DNA of 64,000 nucleotides. It comes from Sphagnum compactum (Eukaryota). Of the stretch, positions 13,261 through 25,839 are shown in pieces. Each line of letters opens with the position of its first letter. The stretch's first letter is position 1. The DNA is taken from positions 30,928,213 to 30,992,212 of the forward strand of contig OZ234493.1 of NCBI GenBank assembly GCA_965153455.1, written 5' to 3'. The translations under genes and the position numbers were made by a program. The notes beneath the pieces were generated by a model, which saw only the letters and a list, made by a program, of their open reading frames with translations, ran no database searches and was not told where the DNA came from.

Positions 13261-14807
13261 TTTGCTGTAGGGAGCTGGAGCTGAAGAAGAAGGATGCCCT
13301 CTAGTTAAGCTCTTTTATCATCAAAATTCCCAATTTAGTAGTCTTGGATTGTGGTCTATGTCCTATTTCTCACGTTGTTCTCGTCCCTTGTTTTCTTTTC
13401 TTCCTTGTTGCCCCCTCGTTTTTCTTGGAATAAAGTTTTGCAGGTTCTCATCATAGATTCCAAAACATGTACTATTTTTTCTTCCCAAGAGGACCCACCC
13501 CAAGAACCATTGTACCTTTACAGCGTTCCATTCTATTGCATCCATGCTATTATGCTCCAATGGGAACTATCACAAATTGACATCCACAGTACCTACTACT
13601 GAGAGGCTAGGAGTTATAACATCTCAAGGCCTTGCATATAACTGAAATGACTGTAGATAGATAGAAGGGGCCATAATCTCATGGTAGAGATTGCCCCACC
13701 CTGACCATCTTTTTAAAATCTTTTAATGGCCAATAACACTATAGTTCTCGTCAAAAAGAATATGGATAGCCTTGTGGTTTTTCTAAAAATGTTTTTTTTT
13801 ACACCCATTTTCCCATAAGTATAGGCATGCACCTCCAAATTCTTGTGAAGTGTGGAAAATGTGTATCTTTCTTATAGAACTTTTTAAAAGTTCAAGAATT
13901 CCATAGTGAAATGATCTGACACTGGTGATAGTAAAAGGGAAGAGGTCCTAGGAACTCTTCACTCAACTTTAGGATCACCTCAGTTATTATAAACTTTACA
14001 ATTCACTTTGACTCTTGAGCTCTGAACTACGTGTAGTAGGTTGCATTCAAAATATCAATTGTTACAATAAATGTTATCTTAATAGAAGTTGAGGTGAACA
14101 TCCCATGTCAAAATTATCACATGTTATGAAAACAAAATAGATATATAACTAAAATAGCTCATAATTCAAAACTTGAAAATATGCACAAATATGAGAGATG
14201 CAAATGTAACTTGGTAAGATGGTGATAAGCAACACAAAAACTCATGACATTCCCTGAAGCCAACCTTTGAGCATGAGCCTAAACAAAGAGCTCCTATTAA
14301 TTAGATTGTCCCACCTAGTCCCCAATTACCTACCACATGCTAATCCTACATGGTGAGTACTAGTATTGGGTTTGGACCCTGGGTTTACATCTTATGGTAG
14401 GTAGGTAAGAAAAGAAAGAAGGTAGGAAAGTAGGTAGGTGGGTAGGAAAGTACGTAGGATCTGGAAGCAGAAAAGGCCTGTGGCTCCTTCTGCACTTGCG
14501 TTGTTTGCGACTGCTGCAGAGCAGCTAGCGCGGCTACGGCGCGGGCAGGTCGTGCGATCGATAGTGTGTGGAAGAAGGGACAAGAATCGAAGACGCAACA
14601 CACAAAAGATCGTGCGAATTTGGGCTTAATCTTCTTCTTCTTCATCTTCTTCTTCCACTCATGAGATCGAATGTCATGCTGCAACAAAAACCAACTGAAG
14701 AAGAAGCAGAAAAAGGAGGAGGAAGAAGAACAACAAGAAGAAGCAGAAGACGGGAGGGTGAGAAAGCTGCTGTAGTTAGTACTAGTAGCTAGCTACAGCT
14801 GGTAGAG

Positions 14808-16103
14808 ATGAAGCTGTTGCAGCAAGGATTGATGCAGATGAGTACTCATTTGCAAGCCACTGGGCAACTCACGCGCCTAGTGCAGTCTTCGTTCAAGAAT
14901 GTGTCGCACATCTTCTTCTGCTTCTTCTTCCTGCTCTTTCTACTTCTAGTGCAGCTAGAGTTTGTGCGCCCGGAGCTGATCGTCAGCCGCGACCAGCTGC
15001 AGCTGCACGACGCTACGTCTAGTACTACTACACAACTTGTGAGAGTAGTAGCTAGTGATGGACGTAGATGTAATCTCAGTAATTCTAGCGTGATTGTAGC
15101 AGCTGTACAGCAGCCAGGAGTCGTTTTCTATCGCCGCGGGGACGGATCAGCTCCTGGTGTCGTTGCGGCGGGATCAGACGCGGAATTTTTCGAGAAGGCG
15201 CAGCTGCATAGCAGCTCAAGAGCTGATGAATATGGCACTAGCAGTAGGAATAGAATTCGTGGTGATCGTCGCAGCAACAGCAGCAGCAGCAGAAGAAGAA
15301 GCAGCAGCAGCAGGTCGCGGGGTCTAGTTGCAGAGCGAGAGACGAACGGAGTCGCGGTGCAGTGGCAGAGAATGGATGGGAATTCCCATGCTCCAGCAGC
15401 AGCAACAAGACTTCATGTAGGCGGTCGTAGATCCTTACAAGCAAGCAACACACTCGACCAGTTTCTGCTCCTGAAGAAGCCTGTGCATGTCCGGGGTGCT
15501 GCGTCATGGTGGCTGCTGCTGCACAGCCCAATTGTGGGAGTTTGTGTATGTGTAGCAGCGGTGCTAATGTTGGTCATTGCTTGTGCACACGGGACTGAAA
15601 GCACAGCCACCGAGTTTCTGGAGTCTGTTCCCAGTCTACCTCCACGCTTCTCGTACGCCACACTAGAAAAGGCGACAAGGAACTTCAGCCGGAAGCTGGG
15701 AGATGGTGCATTCGGATCCGTGTACGAGGGTTTTCTTCCCAAAGGCTCACGAGTTGCCGTCAAGATGCTGGAGAAGACGTCGTTGCAAGGGGAGAAGCAG
15801 TTCAGAGCCGAGGTAGCATCGATGGGTGCCATCAGACATCTAAACTTGGTGCGCTTGCATGGCTTCTGCTCCGAAGGCTCTCATCGTCTGCTTGTGTATG
15901 AGTTCATGGCCAATGGGAGTCTCGACAGTTGGTTGTTCAGCAAAAGAAGGGGAGACAATCTGCTGGACTGGAGCCAAAGGTTCAACATCGCTCTTGGCAC
16001 TGCCAGAGCCTTAGCCTATCTTCATGAGGAATGCAGCGACCATATCATTCATTTGGATGTCAAGCCTGAAAACATCCTTCTCGATCACCAATTTTGTCCC
16101 AAG
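14808..16103 (+). CDS. Receptor-like Ser/Thr kinase, exon 1 (SD-2-type kinase domain, non-RD); predicted 866 aa after splicing to 16788..18092
   Basis: Two hydrophobic segments (IFFCFFFLLFLLLVQL; IVGVCVCVAAVLMLVIACA), then PRFSYATLEKATRNFSRKLGDGAFGSVYEG, VAVKML, HLNLVRLHGFC and HIIHLDVKPENILLD. Donor AAG|GTGAGA at 16103/16104. Confidence 0.92.
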
Positions 16104-16139
16104 GTGAGAGAAGAACACTATAGCAATGATCAGTTCATC

Positions 16140-16560
16140 ATAGCTACTTGTTTAGATTGGCTCAATGCAACATAAGGTGGATCACTGTGTCACATCATAA
16201 ATGTCAGCCTACCATCGAGCTTGTTTCAATCGAGTTGATGCAAAATAGGATGAATCATTTTTTTGTGTCACGGGGTAACTATTAATTCATCATTGATCTC
16301 GTTTAAATTGAGTTGATGCAAGATAAGGTGGATCACTTTTTGCATCATGTTGCAATACACAATTTAGTCCATTGTCAAGTTCGTCTAGATTGGATCAATG
16401 TAAAATTGATGTAAAATTGGGTAGATCATTTTTTGCATTGCACAAATCCAACATGGAATTTTGATCAGTTGATTATTGAGTTTGTTTAGATTGGATCGAT
16501 GCCCAAAAAAAAAAAAAAAAAAACAAGAGTAAATCACTTTTTGCATTGCACGAATTCAAG
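16140..16560 (+). repeat. Degenerate tandem repeat within the kinase intron (about 5 copies of TTGTTTAGATTGGATCAATGCAA..TAAGGTGGATCACTTTTTGCAT)
   Basis: Imperfect copies start near 16147, 16220, 16298, 16380 and 16480. Confidence 0.65.
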
Positions 16561-16787
16561 TTTCAACTTGGAGTTTTGAATGAAATGTTATATGTACCGA
16601 AAGTGATTCACTCTAACTTGCAACTAACACTCAATTGCATTGCAGCTAATGAATAAGAAGATCGATGACTTGCAATGGAGAACTAGCTATCTAGCTTTTA
16701 ATGCATGTGAAAAGTCTTGGTCTTTTCTTGAGCTTTGCGGAATGTTCGGCGATCATCACGTGCATAGATGTTGTGGGCTTGCTGCAG

Positions 16788-18092
16788 CTATCGGATTTTG
16801 GACTGGCCAAGTTGATGGAGAGAGAGCAGAGCAGGGTGGTGACGAGCATGCGTGGAACACCAGGGTACTTAGCGCCGGAGTGGTTACTCCCACATGCAGC
16901 GGTGACGGCCAAGACAGATGTTTACAGCTTTGGTATGGTGTTGCTGGAATTGATCAGCGGAAGAGAGAATACCAACTTCTCGCTGGGGAAAGAGCAATGG
17001 TATTTCCCGGCGTGGGCTTTCAAGATGGTGGGTGAAGGTCGACCCATGGAGCTCTTCGACAAACGGCTGCCTGTGGAAGAATTGGAGTATTTCCACAAGG
17101 AGGAAACTTTGCGAGCTGTGCATGCTGCTCTACTTTGCATCCAGGATAACCCCGCATTGCGACCATCCATGAGCCGTGTGGTACACATGCTGCAAGGGCA
17201 TGTGGAACCGGAACCCATGAACAGTAGTAGTAATACTCGATCACAGTCGATAGCTCCAGCTCCGATTCAACCACCCAGACGCTTGCTTTGTGCATTTGCT
17301 TCAAGCAGGAGTGACATGAAAGTAGAAGATCTGCCTTATAGCTACCAACAACCTATCATAGGACTCAGTAATCCGGCCAGAATGCAGATGAAATCCCCCA
17401 GATCGGTCAGAGAAGCTGCAGTTCCTCCTCCAGCTCCTCCTCCTCGACCTCAACTGGCTAATTGGTGGCTACCTGCACCACGTGAGTCCACATTGTCTAT
17501 TGAAGCTGAAATGTTGGAGGAACTCCAAGGAATCACTCTCGAGGGTTCAAGAGAGAGCTTAATGCCTTCATCATCTTCTAGCAATCTTCTAGCACTGCAG
17601 CATCTGCGTCATGATAATCATCAGCAACAGCAGCAACAGCCCAACAACATCAACAACCCAGTTATATCATGTAGCACTTTTCAGCATCTAAGGAATCTAG
17701 TACCTCCAGGAGCTCTGGGGGACCTTTCTTCTTCTTCTTCTTCTTCTTCTGCTGGTGCTGCTGTTGCTGCTGCTGCAGCAGCAGCAAGTCATGGAAGTCA
17801 GAAATGCATTCCTCCCTGGCCAGTGAAGGGGGATGTGATCTTGTTGCGGGGTCCCGGAGGAGGGGATTACCATGGTGTGGTGAGAGATGTGAGATCAGAC
17901 AGAAAGCAAATGCGGCTTGCATTGCTGCACAGAGTGAGCTCTGAATCGAGATGGAGTGTGCGAGAAGAGGAAACTACGTGGCGACATTGGAATGAGTCTA
18001 TCAAAACCCTCGACTTCTGGGTGGTGCTGCGCTGGTCGACTGTTGCAGGACATGGCTATGAGAAAGTACCTGTGGAGTGGACTGTGAAATGA
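16788..18092 (+). CDS. Receptor-like kinase, exon 2 (kinase subdomains VII-XI, low-complexity linker, C-terminal unknown domain)
   Basis: Acceptor TGCAG|CTA at 16787/16788 gives the in-frame join FCPK|LSDFGLAK. Then RGTPGYLAPEW, KTDVYSFGMVLLELISGR and LCIQDNPALRPSMSRVVHML, with an uninterrupted frame to TGA at 18090-18092. Confidence 0.92.
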   Translation, partial: LSDFGLAKLMEREQSRVVTSMRGTPGYLAPEWLLPHAAVTAKTDVYSFGMVLLELISGRENTNFSLGKEQWYFPAWAFKMVGEGRPMELFDKRLPVEELEYFHKEETLRAVHAALLCIQDNPALRPSMSRVVHMLQGHVEPEPMNSSSNTRSQSIAPAPIQPPRRLLCAFASSRSDMKVEDLPYSYQQPIIGLSNPARMQMKSPRSVREAAVPPPAPPPRPQLANWWLPAPRESTLSIEAEMLEELQGITLEGSRESLMPSSSSSNLLALQHLRHDNHQQQQQQPNNINNPVISCSTFQHLRNLVPPGALGDLSSSSSSSSAGAAVAAAAAAASHGSQKCIPPWPVKGDVILLRGPGGGDYHGVVRDVRSDRKQMRLALLHRVSSESRWSVREEETTWRHWNESIKTLDFWVVLRWSTVAGHGYEKVPVEWTVK

Positions 18093-18165
18093 TGATTGGC
18101 TTGCTTGCTTTGCTTTGCTTGCTTGATGTCAGATTGATCCATTTGCAGTGATGTAAACCAAACAA

Positions 18166-18186
18166 AAACCCTAAACCCTAAACCCT
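18166..18186 (+). promoter_or_regulatory. Three tandem plant-telomere-type AAACCCT units (telo-box-like) just 3' of the kinase stop
   Basis: AAACCCTAAACCCTAAACCCT seen directly, with another copy at ~18214-18220. Function not demonstrated. Confidence 0.4.
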
Positions 18187-19011
18187 AGCAAGCTGTGTAT
18201 ATCAGTACAGTTTAAACCCTAAATTTGCTTTTGGTTTTCATTCAGTTAGCATGCCCATGATCTTGTTCCATTTGTGATTCTGATCCATAGTCAATTCAAC
18301 AGTTTTATTGAAGGATATTATTGTGAATTAGGTGCAAGAGCAACAGATCATATCTTTGTGACAAATGATGTCAAGTTTGTGAGATGATCAATCTTGCAAC
18401 CGATTGTAAAGATGATCACTTCCAAACTTAAGCTTACTTCTATGAGATCATGGCTAAAATGCTCATAGGAGAGAGTACACAACAAAAGTGAAGCAGCTTC
18501 TTCTTCAACTGCGCACAAATTGAAGACAACAAAGGACTTGGGAATATCACGGCAGTTTCAGTATGTAGGGAAGTTGTTGCTCTGGTGATTCTTTCTCAGA
18601 CATATAGGGGCAACAACAATTCACCCTTACAGCTGAGATAACCTGCAACAAGCACTGCAAGCATTATTTTGTCTTCCATACCTCTCTCTCTTTAGTGACT
18701 TTTTTCCAGCACAAAACAAATGGTTGTGTTTGATAACCATGTTATCATGTTTTTTCAATTGTTTTTTTATTCATGACATTTGTTCTCTAATCCTTTGAAA
18801 ATAAAATGTTCAAACCTTCAATAGGAGGAGGGCACACCACTTTTTTGTGTAAAAGTTGTAACGTTTACATTCATGACATTTTGTCTCCAAATGTGCAAGC
18901 ATTGTTGCTACATTGAGCATCTCATGATTTCCATAGAACATTTAGTGGCAAGGTCTGGAGCGTCTGGTGTTGCTAGGAATGAGAATTCTAGGATGTATGC
19001 TTGTTTGCAAT

Positions 19012-19310
19012 CAGGGTTTTTGTAATCAGGTTTTTGTTTTCAATTATGTCAAAGTAGGTGGACTGGTGATCATTGACAAGAGGAGTGAACCAAATTTGGC
19101 TTCAAGTTGGTCAGCGAAGTAGAATTTTTTAAGGATCCCACTTTGTTCTGGCTACCTCCATGGTAATATCATTCTCTAAATATGACAACTTCTGACTTTC
19201 TTTCCCTCAGAATATGGCAACATTTGCACACTCATTCCAAAAGAACCCTTTTTACCCTTTAAGAACTCTTTTTGTCAACACCTTGCAAAAATTCACCAAC
19301 AAAAAGCATT
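19012..19310 (+). mobile_element. Short dispersed MITE-like repeat (related copies at ~60513-60800 and, reversed, ~3540-3745)
   Basis: Shared blocks CAGGGTTT..., GGTGG..ATC...AG....TTAGCCAAATTTGGCTAC....ATATGAAAGTAG, TCTGGCTACCT and AAATATGGC.A.TT. Confidence 0.55.
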
Positions 19311-20323
19311 GTCTGTGATATTGTAAGAAATTGTGCCCAACAAAAAATGAACCTCCCAAATGCAGTGAAAAGTACATGACACTCTCTTTGTAGCCTCCAC
19401 TCACTGACAAACAATAACTAGTTGGTCCCTTCTGGGACCTGGAGTGGAGGTAGGCCTAACGCCATCTTTTATTGACTACGTCAGTCTCTCTCTCAAGTAG
19501 AGTAGGACTGCTCCTGCAGCACTAACCTAAACGTTGTCAGCTTGGGTCACTAGAGAGAGTCCACACAGACAGAGCGGATGATGATATTACACTCTTCCTC
19601 TGCAATATTACCTAGTTCATTAGCTATTAAGAAGAGGTGAGGACTTCGAAAATTTCACATAGCCTGTTGTTTCCAGCAACTACAAACACACTGAATGATT
19701 GCTAGTCACAGTATGAGACTTGGAAATAAGAACAGTACTAATTTGGACTATGTACAGGATCGTAACAGACTGTTGTTCTCTAACGTTGTAGGCCAAGCTG
19801 CCCAGAAAACTGAATACTACTTAGGCTACTACATGGGGGGGGGGGGAACAAGTCAGCAGCAGCTGCAAAATCACTGGCATACATAAGTCTTCCTCAGCAC
19901 CTGGACGCTTCCTGCAGCTGATGTCCACAGACATGTCTCTGAAGGATTCAATGATACAAATGAGATCGGAGGGGATTTTCACAAGAGCCCTATGAATTAT
20001 ATGGTCCATCAAGCGTGGACTTCTTGTGCAATTCTAGCTCACCCTTTTTTTTTCCCAAAATAAATATTGCTGCTAGTGAGAACCGGCATGTAGGTTGCAA
20101 TAGCCTGTCAGTGTGTCTTTTAATAGTACCCAACATATTTATTAAAAAAAAATTTCCCAATAACAGGGCAACACTAGCCTCAATGCCTTGATTGTTTTTA
20201 TAAAAAAATTGTGGACTCTGAGAAACTTTTTCAAATTCCGATCTAGCAGTTAAGTAGTTTCAATGATATTCAATCAGCCAACAAGGGCACAGTGACTTGA
20301 GAGCCTTTGGGTGAACCCAAGCT

Positions 20324-20648
20324 AGTCCATTTAAATTATTTCTAAACATTACAAATATCCCATGCTTAGACTAAACCAGGGTGTCCGAGTTCAGATTTAA
20401 CATGTTTTGGGCTTAATATGGCCACTAAGAGGCCTCACTCAAAAAGGTCAAGGTACCAACATGGGTGCTGGTTCACCCTGGCCAACTTGCGGCACCTACA
20501 CTGATGACTGGTTGGTCACCTTCAGCTTCTTGAGTGAGGCAGCTTAGTGGCCAAATTAAAACCAAGAGATGTTAGATTTGGAATCAGAGACCCCGATTTT
20601 GTCTAATCATGGGATCTTTACAATATTTAGAAACAATTTAGATGAATT
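20324..20648. mobile_element. Foldback/MITE-like element with ~135-bp inverted arms
   Basis: The left arm (TAAATTATTTCTAAACATT..ATCCCATGCTTAGAC...GGCCACTAAG.GGCCTCACTCAA..AAGGT.CCAAC) pairs with the right arm (GTTGGTCACCTT..TTGAGTGAGGC.GCTTAGTGGCC...GTCTAATCATGGGAT..TTTAGAAACAATTTA) around a ~50-nt loop. Confidence 0.75.
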
Positions 20649-20961
20649 TTTCTATTTTTACAGTGGTACCAATGTTGGTGCTTCTTCATCCAAGGCATGT
20701 ATTTATAATGTTTAGAAGCAATAATGTTTATAAATGTTTGTACCACAGTACCACTGCAGGTGCTAGTTCATCCAAACCCCTGATCGAGGCCTCTTACTGC
20801 ATATATTTAACCTGCAAAATCTAAATTTGGACTTGAGATCCCCAGCCCATTAAATATAATTATGGACTGTGAAAAAAAATCTTTACTTTGAAGGTGTTAA
20901 AATTGATGCCACGTGGCGCCCTGAAAATTCAGATTGCGTTTTGAGCCCTCAGGCCTACCTC

Positions 20962-23300
20962 CACTAAATAGTCACAACAAATTAAATGTGACACCGGGTT
21001 CCACAAATTTGTAGTACAATGCCCAATAGGAAAAAAAGAATTCAAATTCTTTTTTGATTGTACCTACACAATGATTAATGGTTAAAATATTATTTTCAAA
21101 AAAATAAATAATGTAGTGGTTAGAATTTTCATTATAGTCCAGAGGTCTTGAGTTTGAACCTTTTCTTAATTATCTTTTCACTCATGAACAAAATGGATGA
21201 GAGCAAATTCCTAAAGAAAAAAAGATTTTAAATTGTTCCTTAGGGAAAAACCATATTCCCAAAGGAACAAGGCTTAAGTTGTCCGAGGAACAACATGTTC
21301 TTGGAGGAAAAATAACTTCTCCCAAAGGACATGATTGTTCCCTAAGAAAAAAAGGTTTAAGTTGTTCCCTAGGGCAACTTAAGTTGCTTTTCCCTGAAGA
21401 CATGATTGTTCCAGGGGCAAAAAAAATTTTAAGTTACTATTCAAGGCAACTTAAGCTCCTCCTTGAGGGCATGATTGTTCGTCGGAAAAAAAAGGGTTTA
21501 AGATGTTCCCCGGGGCAATTGAAGCTCCTTTTCCTTAGGGACACGATTGCTCCTTTGAAAAAAAGGTTTAAATTTATCCTTGAGGCAACTTAAACTCCTT
21601 CTCCTGGGGGACGTGATTGTTCACTAGGCAAAAAACAACTTCCCCGAAACAATGTTCCCAAAAGCCCAAGTTCCTTGGGGAAACATATGTTTCGAATTTT
21701 TTTCAATCATAGTTGTCTCATATTTGAATTTATATAAGCTTGCAACTTATCATTGGAAAGGTCGTAAGGACAACTACAATTTGTAGTTGGAAACATTTCA
21801 ATTAGAACTCACATGCAAAAATTATATTCATACAAAGTTTCAGACACATTTATTCTTCAAGAGAACATGATTGCTGCCTGTGGCAACTTAGGCCCATTTT
21901 TCCTTGGGGGCCAACTATATGCTTAGGGGAGCAACCAAAACCGTGTTCTCACGGCGAATAACTATGTTCCCCTGGAAATAAATGTGTTCGAAACTTTGTG
22001 TGATCATAACTTTTGCATATAAATTTTAATTGAAATGCGTATAATCACAAAATTGTAGCTCTACTTGAAACCTTTCCAATGATAGGTCACAAGTCTATAT
22101 GAAAATAAATATGGAATGACTATGATTGCTAAAAGATTTGGAACATATGTTTCCCTAGGGAACTTGGGCCTTTCCCCGGGGGAAGTTCATTGTTCCTTGG
22201 GGAGATGGAGCTTAAGTTGCATCGAGGAGCAACCATGTGCCTAAAGGAGTAATGGTTTAAATTGCTTGTGGGAGCAACCATGTTCTTCAAGGAACAAATG
22301 TGTTTGAAATTTGTTTGATTGTAACTTTTGCATATGAGTTTTGATTAAAATGTTTCAACTACAAAGTTATAGTTCTCATCAAGACCTTTCCAATGATAGG
22401 TCGCAAGACTATATATATTCAAAAAACTGATTGTGATTGTAAAAACATTCGGAACATATGTTGCCCTAGTGAAAATTCATTATTCTTCGAGGAAGTTGAT
22501 TTTTTTTCGGGGAACAATCATGTCCTTGGGGAGGAGTTTAAGTTGCTATAGAGAACAATTTAAACATTTTTTTCCCTGGGGAAAAATCATGTCCCCCGGG
22601 GAGAAGGAACTTAAATTGCCTCGGGGAATAGATGTGTTTGAAATTTTGTTTGATCGTAACTTTTGCATATGAATTTTGATTGAAATATTTTCAACTACAA
22701 AGTTATAGCTCTCTTCAAGGCCTTTCCAATTATATGTTGCAAAATTATATTAATATAAAATTGAGATGACTATGATTGCAAAAAGATTCGGAACATATGT
22801 TTATTCAGGGAACTTAAGCCTTTCCCTTCAACAAATACATTGTTCCAAAGGGAATGTGCCCTTTTCCCCAAGGAACTTAGGCTCTTCCTTAAGGAAAATT
22901 CATTGCTCCCCAGGGAAGTTGTATTTTTTCATCAGGGAACTTTTCTTATTCCATGGGGAACTTGCTTGGGACTAGCATTTAGTTTTCATTCCCAGGGTAG
23001 TTACTTCCTAAAAGCAACTAACTTTAAAAACTATTTAAATGTTCTATGGATTTTTTCAATCGTTTTGTTTATTGGAAAAAACAATTGAGAAAAGGATTGA
23101 ACCCTAAACCTTTGGGTTGAAGAGAGGATTCTAACCAATACATCACATTATGTTTTTGGGAATTATTGTGTAAGAAAGATACTTACAACATTAATCATTG
23201 TGTGAGTACAATAAAATCGGATTTTTTTTTTCATGTTGGGCATTGTACTACAAATGCATTGAACCCAGTGCCACATTTAATTTGTTGCTACTATTTAATG
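20962..23300. mobile_element. Non-autonomous CACTA foldback element (~2.34 kb)
   Basis: Starts CACTAAATAGTCACAACAAATTAAATGTGACAC; reverse complement of the right end is CATTAAATAGTAGCAACAAATTAAATGTGGCAC. Inverted similarity extends >150 bp. Interior is made of repeated CCCnnGGGGAACAA units and CCTTTCCAATGATA blocks in opposite orientations. Flanks CTC/TTT could be a C>T-decayed 3-bp TSD. Confidence 0.8.
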
Positions 23301-25839
23301 TTTGCCCCATTCTACTATCCTCGTATGCAATTGTAGAAAACCTCTTCTGAAACTTGCAAATCAACCAATTGGCAATGTCGTTGTTGTGAATTTTTATCAT
23401 CAAACTTAGTCATATAGGTAATGAGATGGGTTGCCTTCTTCTAACTAATTATCACCGAGTTTTTGAGATTTTAGAGTACTTCCTTGGTAGACACCAGGAT
23501 AGGGGAGTGCCTTTGAAAATAAAATTGTTTGTTTTACAAGTTTTAAAGTTGCTTGCTTTGGACTTGATCTCCTGAAATTTTTTTAGTAGTAGTCTATTGT
23601 TTATAATAGTTCTCGTACATGAACGAGCCTTGTGCTTTGTAGTTCCAGTGCTTGTTCTGCTAGACAATGAGCTAATGAAAAACTTGCTCTGTATTTCGGG
23701 TTAACTTATAAGTGTGAACATCCTGTCAGCCCATGCCAGTACCTTAATCTGTGTGCCATCACATGTCATGCTAACAACAAGCCTTTACAGTGTTTGTAAG
23801 GTAATTGCTGCTGAAAAAGAACTAGATTTTAAAAAAATATTATGCACTTGCGTAAAGAACCATGTGAGGCGCTTCTCAAGTTCTCATGGCCCTTATATTC
23901 TAAGGCTATTGCCCTCAGGTTCCTAAGGGCTCAAACCTGTGGAAGACTTTGCTTCATTTTTTTACCATACAATATATACATTGAATTTGACTTGGGTTCT
24001 ATATGTTTTCAACTTGCTTGCTCAATTCTTGGGTGTAATAAGTTGGCTTTGGTAGACTATCATTAGCTCAATTCTTGCCTAAGAACATCTCCACCAACAC
24101 ACTGCACATCTAGTTTTGGATGAAAATTAATAAAAATTTGCTTGATAAGCTCAGTAAAATGGTTGTGGCTAAACATTTTCGTGCAACATGCTGAGGCTTG
24201 CAAAAGTCATAGTACAGTTTAACACATGCTCTTGATTGGTTAGATATATTGATTGGTCCAAGTGGTTTGTTATTAGTAGGTTCTTGTATGTCTCAGGTTC
24301 ATGTGTGGGGCTTGGAATCATTAAATAAGTAAATCTTGGATTGGAGAAATATTGTTGTAAGACCAAATGCTGAGTATCAGTGGACCTGCTCTGCTCCACC
24401 CATGCTTAGTATGTTGCACTACAACAATAATAAATCTTGCATATTCAAGATTAGTTAATTACTCTTTCCCAACATCACCCACAAAATTAAATCGGGATTG
24501 CACTAGGTAAGAGACTACTAATTGCAACCCACTTGGACCAATCAAACCATGATCCAATCAAACCATCTAGCCAATCAACAGCAGGTGTCAGGCTTTGCTG
24601 TGTCTTTTGCCAGGCTCAGAATCCCGTGCAAAAATGCTGGCCAAAACCATGTTGCTGAGCCAAACTGCCTTGTTTTGACTTTTCTTCATCCAAAATTTGT
24701 TGTGCAGTGCACTGGTGGAGTTGCTCTTAGAGCGTGTAAGTTGTCTTCATCAACAACAACCTCATGGCTTTACAACTCATAGGAGATTTGGTGTGTATAA
24801 CCATAGCCAGGCTTCGCTTTATATGCAACCGATTATATCTTGGTCATGGCTTCGATTATCTCCCAGTGTGGGCCTTGCTTGTTCATTTGTTGGGTCATAT
24901 TGATTGGTTTGGGGATACAATCACTTTTATTGGCTTACCTACCTAATCATCAACAATGCAATGGCTGCCTTTGGTGTCCCCTGCTTTGCACTTGCAACCA
25001 ACCTTTTAATTCCCTATATTGACTAGTTCAGCCTAGGCTGTCACTTGATAGCTGAGCCCACATGGGGATAATTTGTTGAAATTGGGACTTATGGTTTGCA
25101 CAGGACTGTTGTGGTGGGCATGGGGATTGCCATCCAGCAAACTCCTAAAAGTTTGTGCTTGACTCCATCCACAGGGAAGAATGCTCTTTGAAAAAATGCA
25201 CAGGTGCAATGGATGGCCAAAACCTGCAAAACAAACAAATCTGACATGAGAATAATACCCACTACTAATTGTGTTGCTGTATGATGTTCAGGCTACAAAT
25301 TAACAAGACATAACAACAATGCTAACCTATGGCGAATTGTCAGTTGTGCAATCAAAGTTATATCTCTCATGCAAAATATAAACACTCTTCAACCCAATGA
25401 GAGCAACTACATTATCAACAATGATTTGGTTCTTGACACCTTCCTTTTGGATCCTTGCACAAGGCTCTTGGTATATACATATAATAATAATAAGATGGGG
25501 CATCATTTCTTTAGTTTTTCTATAATATTCCATTGTTGGTCCAACAAGACATGATTGGACTTGATATTACTTCTGGCCATGTATGCACTCCAAATTCTTT
25601 CCAGGAACTTGTTTTGTCATTTGAATAATTTTGGCATGCCAAAGTATGACCAACTTATTGGTTATAGAAATGCTTGTATTCAACATTGGTGTGCTAGCAA
25701 ATGCTAATGAGTTTGTCCCAAAAACTTCATATTAAATCTAATCATTTGGTTTTGATTTTGGTTCCAAACATACAGCACAATCATTGCCAAAAAAACTAAA
25801 TTGTGAACACAAAATCTGGTTTGAATTGGCAGCTACAAC

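Noticed and set aside
16104-16787. ORF extensions 16104-16175 and 16701-16787 as coding
   Set aside because: They lie inside a canonical GT-AG intron whose removal joins kinase subdomains VIb and VII exactly.
23450-25250. Possible decayed MULE-like transposase on the minus strand (KVGCKC fragment)
   Set aside because: Only one short motif and no continuous frame; cannot be supported without a profile search.
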